A stretch of 64,000 nucleotides of DNA from Thermoanaerobaculia bacterium (lineage in GTDB: Bacteria > Acidobacteriota > Thermoanaerobaculia > UBA5066). Within the stretch, counting starts at the first letter, position 1, and every line of letters starts with the position of its first letter. Where the stretch lies: positions 2,010 through 66,009 of the forward strand of contig JBBQDQ010000002.1 in assembly GCA_038319835.1 (NCBI GenBank). The letters run 5' to 3'. The translations under genes and the position numbers were made by a program. The notes below the pieces were generated by a model. The model saw nothing but the letters and a program-made list of their open reading frames with translations, was not told where the DNA came from and searched no databases. Positions 9,070 through 20,788 of this stretch are shown one piece after another.

Positions 9070-10895
9070 TCAGGGCCTATTTCGGAGCCTCGCCCTGCCC
9101 TGCGGGGCCGGAACCTGACCAGGAAAGGCGCGGCTCTCTCGGGGTCCGAGCCGCACGAGATCCATCTCGTCGCCGAACGGATTGAGGCGGATCGGGTGTC
9201 CGCAGCGGCGAGCCGCGCACAGCGCTCCGAGCCGGCGGGCGCGGCTCACGTACCAGCACGCTCCTGTTCCGGCCATCGCCTCGGGCTCGCGAACCGGAAA
9301 CGAAGGGACCGGGACCCCGAAGGAAACCGGGCGAGCCACGGTCTCCACTACGATCGGGTGGGACACGACGCCGGGATCCAGGACGACGCAGGTCACCCCG
9401 GCGAGTCCGACGAGCCGGCCCGCCTCGGTCTCTGCGGCGCCAAAACGGGCTGCGACCGCGGCGTCGAACGGCCAACGGGTCAGCATCGGCACCCCGTCGA
9501 ACGTTAGGACCGTCGCGACCACGAGCCCCGCGACAAGCGCTGGACGGACGCAGACGAGGCTCGCGATTCGAACCGACGCCGTGCGCAGGCTCGCCGCCGC
9601 CCAGACGAGGACGGCCGGGATCAGCGCACAGACGCGGAAGGAATTCGGCGCGCCGCCGGGGTCCGAGAGGATTCCCGCGAGGAGGGAGCCTCCCGAATAG
9701 ACGAGGAGCACGCGCTCGGCCGCGGACGCCCCCCTTCGGAGCGCCGCGACCGCCGCGCACAGAGCTCCGAGGCCAAGGAGGAGCGGGATTCTGGCGCGCG
9801 ACGTCGGGCCGTGTCGCACATTCGGATCCGCCGCGCCTGTGAAGAGGCTCGTGTAGCTCTGCGCGTTGTACGCGAGCCTCCCCGCGAGCCCCAGGGCTCC
9901 GGTTCCCGTCGGCGCCTCCACGTCACGCACCGCCTTCCGAAGGTGAACGTCGCGCAGGTGGCCGCCGATCCGCGACGGCTCGCTCACGAACCCCCACGCG
10001 AAGGGCGCGAGCGTGAGCGCGCCTGCGAGGGCCGCACCCGCGACGAGCCGCCGGCTTTCCGTGCCGGCTGCGGCGCGTTTGAGTCCCCAGAGCGCGAGGA
10101 TCCCGACGGCCGCCCAGGCGCCCGGATGCGTGTGGAGCGCGAGGCCGAGACTCGCTCCGGCAAGGAGGCCCCACGCCGCGCGGCCCGTCCGGCGCCCGGC
10201 GAGGAGCGCCGCGACTCCGGTCGCGAGAAGCGGAAGCATCGCTGAACCCGTGAATCCCCAGCGTGCGACGTTCAGCGGCCACGCGGTGCAGGCCGCGAGC
10301 CACAGCGCGAGGACGCCGACCGCTGGCCCTCCCGCCTCGACGCCGAGCCACAGGATCGCCGGCAGGAGGAGCGTTCCGGGCACGGCCGCAACGGACAGGA
10401 GGCCCGCCGCTCCGCCCCCGAAAGTCACGACGGAGGCGTGGGCCGCCCGCGCGTAGAGGTTGGAAATCTGGTCGTTCTCCGCTCCCGGGAACGGCGTCGT
10501 CCCAATCCACGGTGCGCCGGCGGGGTCGCGCAGGACGCGCTCGAGCTCGGAAAACGTGTCGCTGAACTGGGCCGGCGGGATCAATGTTGGCCCCACCCAC
10601 CGGAGGACCGTGCCGAAGACGAGGCCCGCCGCCGCCGAGACGGCGAGCGCCCTCGTCCAACCGCCGCGGGGCCCGGCAGCGCGCGCGCGTTCGACGGCGC
10701 GAAAGACCGCGACGACAAGCGCCGCGGCGAGCACGGCGAGAAGGAGATCCTTCGCCCAGAGGAGCGTCAGGAGCAGCCAGGTCTCGCGAGTCCACCACGT
10801 CAGGACTGCGAGGCGGTCCGACCGAACGAGGGCCACGAGCGCCTGGACGAAGACGAACAGAGCGAGGCCCGTTTCGAGCTTCGCTCCCTCGCGTC

Positions 10896-10899
<4 letters not shown>
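9070..10899 (-). CDS. large polytopic membrane protein, GT-C/ArnT-PMT-like topology (function uncertain)
   Basis: Only the last ~610 codons of the 1535-aa ORF-track entry look coding: many TM helices, then a ~150-aa soluble tail. No canonical start near the N-terminus. CTG 10899 overlaps the nrdJ stop; the first canonical start is GTG 10836. Confidence 0.45.
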
Positions 10900-13820
<2,921 letters not shown>

Positions 13821-14000
13821 GGACGGAAAAGCCTCCCTCTCACCTTCTCGAGACGTGAGTGGTCTGTCCTCTTTTTGCCGCCGCCCGGCGGCACCTCTGG
13901 CCCTTCGTCTGACCGGGGAAGACGACTTTTCGTGATCGCCGAGTCGTTGTCAGGTCTGTCGGACAAGGTAGTGCCGCTGAGATGTGATTTCAAGAGGAAA

Positions 14001-14045
14001 ACGCAAGGGATAGTGCTTTTCTTCTGAGGGGCCACTAGATGGTGG
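14001..14045. promoter_or_regulatory. two NrdR-box-like partial palindromes (weak)
   Basis: ACGCAAGGGATAGTGC (14001-14016) and CCACTAGATGGTGG (14032-14045), centres 30 bp apart. Partial matches to the acaCwAtATaTwGtgt NrdR-box pattern. Located in the nrdJ/erpA divergent spacer. Confidence 0.25.
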
Positions 14046-14155
14046 GGTTTTCAACTGCCTGTGCGGAAGCCGCAACCCCTCTCGGGCGTTTGACTTCCGC
14101 GGGCATTCCCCGCCATATTCCACAGGCGGCGCGCGCGCCGATGGAGGTCCTTTCA

Positions 14156-14527
14156 ATGTCCAGCGTCCCCGACACCGCCACGCAGGTCTCGTCCCCCTCG
14201 GTATTCGTCCTCAGCGTGACGGATCGCGCCGTCGCGAAGGTGAAGGAGTTCGCGTCGAAGATGCCGGACGCCGCCGGCAAGCCGCTGCGCGTCTTCATCC
14301 AGGGCGGCGGATGCTCCGGGTTCCAGTACGGCTTCACGTTCGACGCCAAGCGGCCGACGGACCACGTTCTCGCCGTGAAGGAGATCGAGGTCGTCGTCGA
14401 CCCGGCGAGCGCGCTCAAGCTCCACGGCTCCACCGTGGACTTCGTCGAGGACATGCGGGGCGCGGGCTTCGCGGTCGAGAACCCGAACGCGACCTCGGGC
14501 TGCGGCTGCGGCAAGTCTTTCAGCTGA
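14156..14527 (+). CDS. erpA: Fe-S cluster insertion/carrier protein, HesB/IscA/ErpA family
   Basis: ATG 14156 lies 8 nt after GGAGG. FIQGGGCSGFQYGF and the C-terminal SGCGCG are family signatures. Confidence 0.85.
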   Translation: MSSVPDTATQVSSPSVFVLSVTDRAVAKVKEFASKMPDAAGKPLRVFIQGGGCSGFQYGFTFDAKRPTDHVLAVKEIEVVVDPASALKLHGSTVDFVEDMRGAGFAVENPNATSGCGCGKSFS

Positions 14528-15726
14528 CCCAGAACCGCTCCATCCTGAGGATCGTCTTCCTGACGGTCTTCATCGACCTTCTCGGCTTCGGGATCGTGAT
14601 CCCGCTGCTGCCGCTCTACGCCGAAAGGTTCCATCCGTCGCCGCTCGTCTTTGGACTCCTCATGTCGAGCTTCTCGGCGATGCAGTTTCTCTTCGCGCCT
14701 CTCCTCGGCCGGCTCTCGGACCGCTACGGGCGCCGCCCCGTGATCCTGTTCTCGCTTGCGGGCACGGTCGCGGGCTACGTGCTCTTCGCGTTCGCGCACT
14801 CGCTGCCGCTCCTCTTCGCCTCGCGCCTCCTCGACGGCGCGACAGGCGGCAACATCGGGACGGCGCAGGCCGTCATCGCGGACTCGACGTCTCCCTCCGA
14901 GCGCGCGCGCGGCATGGGGATGATCGGGATGGCGTTCGCGCTCGGGTTCATCTTCGGCCCGGCGATCGGCGGCTTCGCCGTGCACCTCGGCGAGGCCGCG
15001 CCGGGGCTCTTCGCCGCGGGCCTCTCCCTGATCGCGTGCGTCTGGGCGTTCTTCAAGCTCCCCGAGACGCTTCCGGCGGGCCGCGTCGCGTCCACCGCGT
15101 CGCTCTTCTCGGCCGGCTCCCTCCTGAAGGCACTTCGTCGGCCCGAGATCGGCGCGCTCATGCTCCTCTCGTTCGTGACGACGACCGCGTTCGCGAACTT
15201 CGAGTCCACGTTCGCGCAGTTCCTCACGCTCCGACTCGGCACCGGCCCGGCGACGGTGGCGTGGTTCTTCGTCTTCGTCGGCGTCTGCTCGGCGATCGTG
15301 CAAGGCGGCCTCGTGCGCCGCCTCGCCCCGCGCTTCGGCGAGGCGCGCCTCGTCTTCGCGGGCTGCGTTCTCCTGATCGCGGGCTTCCTCCTCCTGCGGT
15401 TCGGGACGACCGTGCCGCGCCTCCTCGCCGCGATCGCCGTGATCGCGCTCGGGATCGGCGTCACGACGCCGTCGCTCTCGTCTCTCGTGAGCCGGCGGAC
15501 GGCCGCGGACGAGCAGGGCGAGGTCCTCGGGGCCTACCAGTCGATGGCCTCGCTCGGGCGCGTCTTCGGGCCGTTCGCCGGCGAGAACCTCTACCTGCGC
15601 GTCGGCGCCGACGCACCCCACTGGGCCGCGGCCGCGCTGCAGGCCGGCGCACTCGTTCTTTCCGCGGCCGGCCTCATGAAGCAGAATGACGACGCGCAGA
15701 AGCGCGCGGAGGAATCGCCCCCATGA
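14524..15726 (+). CDS. MFS transporter (DHA1/TetA-like)
   Basis: N-terminus RSILRIVFLTVFIDLLGFGIVIPLLP plus GRLSDRYGRRP are classic MFS TM1 and loop 2-3 motifs, with 12 TM-like segments. The only start compatible with TM1 is CTG 14524 (CTGA overlap with the erpA stop). The next canonical start, GTG 14596, would delete most of TM1. Confidence 0.75.
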   Translation: MTQNRSILRIVFLTVFIDLLGFGIVIPLLPLYAERFHPSPLVFGLLMSSFSAMQFLFAPLLGRLSDRYGRRPVILFSLAGTVAGYVLFAFAHSLPLLFASRLLDGATGGNIGTAQAVIADSTSPSERARGMGMIGMAFALGFIFGPAIGGFAVHLGEAAPGLFAAGLSLIACVWAFFKLPETLPAGRVASTASLFSAGSLLKALRRPEIGALMLLSFVTTTAFANFESTFAQFLTLRLGTGPATVAWFFVFVGVCSAIVQGGLVRRLAPRFGEARLVFAGCVLLIAGFLLLRFGTTVPRLLAAIAVIALGIGVTTPSLSSLVSRRTAADEQGEVLGAYQSMASLGRVFGPFAGENLYLRVGADAPHWAAAALQAGALVLSAAGLMKQNDDAQKRAEESPP

Positions 15727-16280
15727 CGCCGCAGGTCCCCACCCCTCACCAGCTCTCCCGCGACTGCCCGGCCATCCGGATTCCCTCCGGCGAGCCCGTC
15801 ACGCTCAAGGCCGGCACCGACGTCTTCCTGACGCAGTCGCTCGGCGGGACGCTCACCGTGCAGGCGCCCGCGCTCGGCGGCCTGTTCCGCATCTCCGGCT
15901 CCGACGGAGACGCCCTCGGGATCACGCCCGGGGCGGGAGAAGACGCTCCGGCCGCCGCGGCGGGCCCGGTCAGCGAAGACGCGCTGTGGGAGCAGCTCAG
16001 GACCGTGTACGACCCCGAGATCCCGGTGAACATCGTGGACCTCGGCCTCGTCTACGACCTGCGCGTCCTGGACGCGGAGAAGGGCGGCGCGCGCGTCGAG
16101 GTCAAGATGACGCTCACGGCGCCGGGCTGCGGGATGGGCCCTGCGATCGCCTCGGACGCCCAGTCGCGCGTCGCGCGCGTGCCCGGCGTGAAGGAAGCGG
16201 CGGTCCAGCTCGTCTGGGATCCGCCCTGGAGCGCGGAGATGATGACGCCCGAGGGGAAGCGAATCCTCGGGATCGCCTGA
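15723..16280 (+). CDS. sufT: SufT-type Fe-S assembly protein (DUF59/MIP18 domain with N-terminal extension)
   Basis: ATGA overlap with the MFS stop. LRTVYDPEIPVNIVDLGLVY, MTLTAPGCGMG and LVWDPPW are signatures of the family. Confidence 0.75.
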   Translation: MTPQVPTPHQLSRDCPAIRIPSGEPVTLKAGTDVFLTQSLGGTLTVQAPALGGLFRISGSDGDALGITPGAGEDAPAAAAGPVSEDALWEQLRTVYDPEIPVNIVDLGLVYDLRVLDAEKGGARVEVKMTLTAPGCGMGPAIASDAQSRVARVPGVKEAAVQLVWDPPWSAEMMTPEGKRILGIA

Positions 16281-16281
16281 G

Positions 16282-16623
16282 CTACTGGAGCGGGACGCGC
16301 CCCGCGAAGCCCTCGTCGTACCCGTGGAAGAACTCGAGGGACTGCTCGGGCCACTTCCAGCAGTAGTAGCCCGCGCCCGAGTCGAAGTCGACGAGCCACG
16401 GGCCCTTCACCTCGATCCCGAGAGCCTCGACCTCGTCGCGCCAGCCGTTCAGGATCCCTTCGATCGCGCTCTCCGTGCGGGCGCGTGCGGCCTCGGGATC
16501 GTCGTCCGACACGGCCGCGAGGCCGTCGAGCGCCTCGAGGGCGAGCCGCGTCCTCTCGCGCACCGCCGGAAGCAGCGCGCGCGCTTCGTCGAACGTGAAG
16601 GTCTTCCGGACGGGCTCGGTCAC
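16282..16623 (-). CDS. DUF2203-family protein
   Basis: GTG 16623. KTFTFDEARALLPAVRERT... resembles DUF2203 N-termini. The upstream part of the ORF-track entry is Arg-rich shadow. Confidence 0.5.
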   Translation of the reverse strand: MTEPVRKTFTFDEARALLPAVRERTRLALEALDGLAAVSDDDPEAARARTESAIEGILNGWRDEVEALGIEVKGPWLVDFDSGAGYYCWKWPEQSLEFFHGYDEGFAGRVPLQ

Positions 16624-16661
16624 GGCCGAAGGATAGCGCGCCCGCGGCCTATGATCCCGCC

Positions 16662-17837
16662 GTGAATCCGCTCGCGAGCGACGCCCGCGCCGCCGACGCC
16701 GACGCCGTTGCCCTGCGCAGGACCATCCACGCGCGCCCCGAGACCGCCTTCGAAGAGGTCGAAACCGCACGCCTCGCGGCCGACCGGATGCGCGCGCGCG
16801 GTCTCGCGGTGCGCACCGGGCTCGGCAGGACCGGCGTCGCCGCCGTCCTCGACACGGGGCGGCCCGGACGGACGGTCCTCCTGCGCGCCGATCTCGACGC
16901 GCTGCCCGTCGCGGAGAAGACAGGCCTGCCGTTCGCGTCGACGAACGGCCGCATGCACGCCTGCGGGCACGACGGGCACGTGGCGGCCCTCGACGAGGCG
17001 GCCGACCTGCTGCTCTTCGATCCGCCCGCCGGCGGCCGCGTCGTCTTCGCGTTCCAGCCGGCCGAGGAGGGCGCGGGAGGAGCGGCCGCGATGATCGCCG
17101 ACGGCGTCCTCGACGACCCGCGCCCCGACGCCGTCTTCGGCGTCCACCTCTGGACGTCGCTGGCGCTCGGCACGGCGGGCGTTGCGTCCGGCGCGATGAT
17201 GGCCGCCGTCGACGAGTTCCGGATCGACGTCACGAGCCCCGGGGGGCACGCGGCCGCGCCGCACGAGACGCGCGACGCCGTCGTCGCGGCCGCGCAGGTC
17301 GTCACGGCCCTCCAGACGATCGTCGCGCGGCGCCTCTCGCCGCTCCAGCCCGCCGTCGTGTCCGTCACGTCCGTGCACGGCGGTTCCGCGTTCAACGTCC
17401 TCCCGGAGTCCGTGACGCTCACCGGGACCTGCCGCTCTTTCGACCGCGACGTGCGCGAACGGCTCGGGTCGCTCGTTCCGGAGATCGCGGCCCTCGCCGC
17501 CGCAGCCGCGGGCTGCGCTGCGAAAACCGTCTACGAGCGGCGCACGCCCGCGCTCGTGAACCACCCGGCCGAGGCCGAGCGCGCCCGGCGCGCCGCGGAC
17601 GTTCTCCTCGGCGCGGGCCGCGCGACGCCCGAGTGCCGGACGATGGGCGGCGAGGACTTCTCGGAGTTCCTCCTGCGCGTCCCGGGCGCATTCGCGTTCG
17701 TCGGGGCGGCGCGGACGGACGGCCCGCGCGGAGCGCACCACGCGCCGGACTTCGACTTCGACGAACGGGCCCTTCCGCACGCGGCGCGCCTCCTCGCGGC
17801 GTACGCCCGCGACGTCCTTTCGGCCCGGCCCGCTTGA
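16662..17837 (+). CDS. M20-family amidohydrolase (N-acyl-amino acid / hippurate hydrolase-like)
   Basis: 391 aa. IHARPETAFEE, LRADLDALP and MHACGHDGH motifs. Confidence 0.88.
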   Translation: MNPLASDARAADADAVALRRTIHARPETAFEEVETARLAADRMRARGLAVRTGLGRTGVAAVLDTGRPGRTVLLRADLDALPVAEKTGLPFASTNGRMHACGHDGHVAALDEAADLLLFDPPAGGRVVFAFQPAEEGAGGAAAMIADGVLDDPRPDAVFGVHLWTSLALGTAGVASGAMMAAVDEFRIDVTSPGGHAAAPHETRDAVVAAAQVVTALQTIVARRLSPLQPAVVSVTSVHGGSAFNVLPESVTLTGTCRSFDRDVRERLGSLVPEIAALAAAAAGCAAKTVYERRTPALVNHPAEAERARRAADVLLGAGRATPECRTMGGEDFSEFLLRVPGAFAFVGAARTDGPRGAHHAPDFDFDERALPHAARLLAAYARDVLSARPA

Positions 17838-19150
17838 TCCCCGCGCTCGCCCTCTACGGCATCGCCGTCCTCCTCGTCGGCGCTCTCTCCGCGCGCGCGG
17901 CCTCGCGCTCGACGGACGCGTTCCTCGTCGCGGACCGCCGGCTCGGCGCGTTCCGGGCCGGGGTCGCGCTCTCGTCGACGGTCATCGGCGGCTCCACGAC
18001 GCTCGTCCTCGCGGCACTCGTGGCCGCGAAGGGCCTGCCCGCCCTCTGGCTCGACCTCGCGGGCGCGCTCGGGCTCCTCGCGCTCGGCGCCTTCCTCGCC
18101 CCGCGCGTGAGGGCCACCGGCGCGACGACGATCGCCGAGGTCATCGGCCTTACGTACGGCCCCGGCGTGAGGCGGATCGCCGCGGCGCTCGTCGTCTGCG
18201 CCGAGATCGTCTGGTTCGCGCTCCTCACGGAGGCGACGCAGACCGTGATCGTCGCGACGACGCCCTGGGACCCCGCGCGCGTCCTCGTCCTGACGGCCGC
18301 GCTCTTCGTCGCGTACACGGCCCTCGGCGGCCAGCGGGCCGTCGTCACGACGGATCTCCTGCAGTTCTCGCTCATGGTCGCCGGCCTCCTCGTGGTCGCA
18401 TTCCCGCTCGCGCTGGCCGTGCTCGTGAAGACTCCGCCGCCCACGCGCCTCTTCACGTTCCCGACGGGCCCGGCGTTCTCGTGGGCCGACGCCCTCGCGC
18501 TCCTCGTCCTCGTCGGGCTTCCGCACGCGGTCGGGAGCGACGTCTGGGCGAAGGTGCTCTCGGCGCGGGACGAGCGGGCGGCGCGGCGCGCCGCGTTCGG
18601 GGCGGCGGCCGCCAAGCTCGCCTTCGGCCTCGCGACCTGCGCGATCGCGCTCGCGGGCGTCTCGCTCGGCGTCGGCGGGCCCCCGGCTCAGCTCTTCCCG
18701 CGTGCGGTGTTCGCGCTGGCCGGCCCCGCCCTCGCGCCGTTCCTCCTTGTCGCGCTCGTGGCGACGATGCAGTCCTCGGCGGACTCGGTGCTCCTGTCGG
18801 CCGCTGCGGCAACGGCCCACGACCTCGTCCCGCGCGCAGGGGTGCGCCTGGCGCGCGTTGCCGTCGTCGCGTACGGCGCGGCCGGCCTCGCCCTGGCGCT
18901 CGTCCTCCGCGACCTCGTCGAGACGTTCCGGCTCGGTTACACGCTCTTCGCGTCCGGGCTCATCCTCCCGACCCTCGCGGCGTTCGTGCCCGGCGTGCGC
19001 GTCGACCGCCGGTTCGCGGGCGCCGCCATGATTCTCGGCGGCGCGGCGGCGATGCTCGAGCGGTTCCTCCACGTCGCCGGCGTCGACCCGGTCCTCGCCG
19101 GGACCGGCGTCAACGGCGCCGTGCTGCTCCTCGGCCTCCGGCGGCGCTAA
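17834..19150 (+). CDS. sodium:solute symporter-family transporter (tentative)
   Basis: TTG 17834 in a TTGA overlap with the amidohydrolase stop. About 12-13 TM segments. The family assignment rests on overall look only. Confidence 0.6.
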   Translation: MIPALALYGIAVLLVGALSARAASRSTDAFLVADRRLGAFRAGVALSSTVIGGSTTLVLAALVAAKGLPALWLDLAGALGLLALGAFLAPRVRATGATTIAEVIGLTYGPGVRRIAAALVVCAEIVWFALLTEATQTVIVATTPWDPARVLVLTAALFVAYTALGGQRAVVTTDLLQFSLMVAGLLVVAFPLALAVLVKTPPPTRLFTFPTGPAFSWADALALLVLVGLPHAVGSDVWAKVLSARDERAARRAAFGAAAAKLAFGLATCAIALAGVSLGVGGPPAQLFPRAVFALAGPALAPFLLVALVATMQSSADSVLLSAAAATAHDLVPRAGVRLARVAVVAYGAAGLALALVLRDLVETFRLGYTLFASGLILPTLAAFVPGVRVDRRFAGAAMILGGAAAMLERFLHVAGVDPVLAGTGVNGAVLLLGLRRR

Positions 19151-19740
19151 AGGCCAGCGACGCGCAGCGCCGCGGCGACGACCCCGCGGCGCTGCGCCTC
19201 GGGTGCCGGAGCGTCGGCGCCGTGGCCGCTGCGCGCCGCCACGAGTGCGCCGTCCATCAGGACGAGGACGAACTGTGCGGCCTCGTGGGGTGGAAGTGTT
19301 CCCTTCGACGCGACCTCCGCGATGACCCTCGCGAGGATCTTCGCCCGCGGGTCGTCCAGCGCCTCGTGCGCGCCGCCGCTGAACGACGGGCCAGCGAGGC
19401 GGTGGAGAAGGCTCAGCCGGGGGAGCGCGGGGCGCGTCCAGCCGAAGTTCCAGAGCGCTTCGACGACCCCGGTGAGGCGTTCGGCCGGCGAGCCGGCGCC
19501 CGTCGATTCAGGGATCTCGCCGGCGACCGCGGCCGCGAGGACCGCGCGGTACAGCCGCTCCTTGTTCCCGAAGTGATAGTGGAGCGTCGCGACGTTGACG
19601 CCGGCCCGGGACGCGACCTGACGGGTCGTCGCGCCGACAAATCCCGATGCGGCAAAGCTTTCCTCGGCGGCCCTCAGAATGTCGCGGCGCGTTTCGGCCG
19701 GGTCTCCATCGCGCGGGCGGCCAACGTTGCGCTTCTTCAT
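19147..19740 (-). CDS. TetR/AcrR-family transcriptional regulator
   Basis: ATG 19740 lies 6 nt after GGAGGG. HTH region ILRAAEESFAASGFVGATTRQVASRAGVNVATLHYHFGNKERLY. Confidence 0.85.
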   Translation of the reverse strand: MKKRNVGRPRDGDPAETRRDILRAAEESFAASGFVGATTRQVASRAGVNVATLHYHFGNKERLYRAVLAAAVAGEIPESTGAGSPAERLTGVVEALWNFGWTRPALPRLSLLHRLAGPSFSGGAHEALDDPRAKILARVIAEVASKGTLPPHEAAQFVLVLMDGALVAARSGHGADAPAPEAQRRGVVAAALRVAGL

Positions 19741-19764
19741 GCCGTCCCTCCGACCGATCTTCGC

Positions 19765-19788
19765 CCCTGGATTCAAAAAAATCGAGGG
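19765..19788. promoter_or_regulatory. imperfect palindrome, candidate TetR operator
   Basis: CCCTGGAT-TCAAAAAA-ATCGAGGG (7 of 8 arm positions complementary) in the tetR/GNAT divergent spacer, 25-48 nt upstream of the tetR start. Confidence 0.2.
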
Positions 19789-19849
19789 ATTGGTCCGTGA
19801 TCCACGGCCCCCGGGCGTCCCGCCGAGCGCGTGTTAGCGTCGGTCGAGG

Positions 19850-20683
19850 TTGAGCGCGAAAAAGAACGTTCCGTTCCGGGTGCGCCCCGCCCGCGCGGGC
19901 GAGTGGCCGAAGACCTCCGCGGACGCCGCGCTTCTCGCGACGGACCCCGACGGAGCCCTCGTCGCGGCCGCGGAGGACGGGCGCGTCCTCGGCCGCGCGG
20001 CCGCAGCGGTGCGCGAGGACGCGCTCCTCCTCGCCCGTCTCGAGGTCGAGCCCGCTCACCGGGGCGCCGGCGTCGGGCGCGCCCTTCTCGAGGGCGTGCG
20101 CGCGTACGGCGCGGCGCGCCGGGCCCGAGCCCTCGAAGCGCTCGCCCCTTGCGGTCCCGAGGGCGTCGCCTTCCTCCTCCGCGCCGGGCTCTCGCTTCGC
20201 TCCCTCGTTCTCACGTTCGCGGGCGCGCCGCCGAAGAGCGCCGCCGGAGCGGGCGTACTCGAGCCCCTGGGCTTCGGAGCCGGGCTCTCGGGCTGGGTCG
20301 CGGACCTCGACCGCGAGACCCGCGGATTCGCGCGCGTTCCGGAGTGGGAGCGGGCCGTCGCGAAAGGCGAAGTTCTGACGCTCCGCCGCCGTGGGCGGCC
20401 GGAAGCCGTCGGCGCCCTCCGCCGCGCCGGGACCCGCGCGTGGATCGGGCCCGCCGCGGGCCGGAGTCCCGAGGCCGCCGCCCAGCTGTTCCTCGCGCTC
20501 GCGGCGCGGGCGGGCGCCTCGGGCGCCTCGCGTCTCGTCGTGCGCGTCCCCGCGGAGGCCGCGGCCCTCCTCGAGGCGGTGCGGCACATCCATCTCACAG
20601 CCGGAGAGGTGATCCCGCTCCTCACGCTCCGCCGCCGCGGCGACTTCCGCCGCCTCGCGGGAGCGCCCGGACCCGTCTTCTGA
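19850..20683 (+). CDS. GNAT-family acetyltransferase-like protein (two-domain)
   Basis: TTG start. LEVEPAHRGAGVGRALLEGV resembles the GNAT acetyl-CoA (Q/RxxGxG/A) motif. Divergent from tetR. Confidence 0.5.
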   Translation: MSAKKNVPFRVRPARAGEWPKTSADAALLATDPDGALVAAAEDGRVLGRAAAAVREDALLLARLEVEPAHRGAGVGRALLEGVRAYGAARRARALEALAPCGPEGVAFLLRAGLSLRSLVLTFAGAPPKSAAGAGVLEPLGFGAGLSGWVADLDRETRGFARVPEWERAVAKGEVLTLRRRGRPEAVGALRRAGTRAWIGPAAGRSPEAAAQLFLALAARAGASGASRLVVRVPAEAAALLEAVRHIHLTAGEVIPLLTLRRRGDFRRLAGAPGPVF

Positions 20684-20788
20684 ACGTGAGGCGACCCTGA
20701 CGCGCGACACTCCCGGCAGAGGGGCCGCAACTTAGGCGGCCGCTTCCCGTCGAATCCGGGTCAAAATCCCCCTGAGAGGACTTCTCAC

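Noticed and set aside
13876-13893. 7-bp GC hairpin as a rho-independent terminator
   Set aside because: On the minus strand it is followed by an A-tract. On the plus strand the T-tract precedes the stem. Neither orientation gives hairpin-then-U-tract.
13870-13912. Possible cobalamin riboswitch in the nrdJ leader (GCCAGAGGUGCCGCC resembles the B12 box)
   Set aside because: About 11 of 16 B12-box positions match, the other conserved riboswitch elements are not visible, and B12 riboswitches normally control B12-independent isozymes rather than the B12-dependent NrdJ. An Rfam scan would settle it.
20723-20741. GGCCGC-N7-GCGGCC hairpin after the GNAT gene as a terminator
   Set aside because: The stem is only 6 bp with no following T-tract. 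Such GC palindromes are expected by chance at this base composition.
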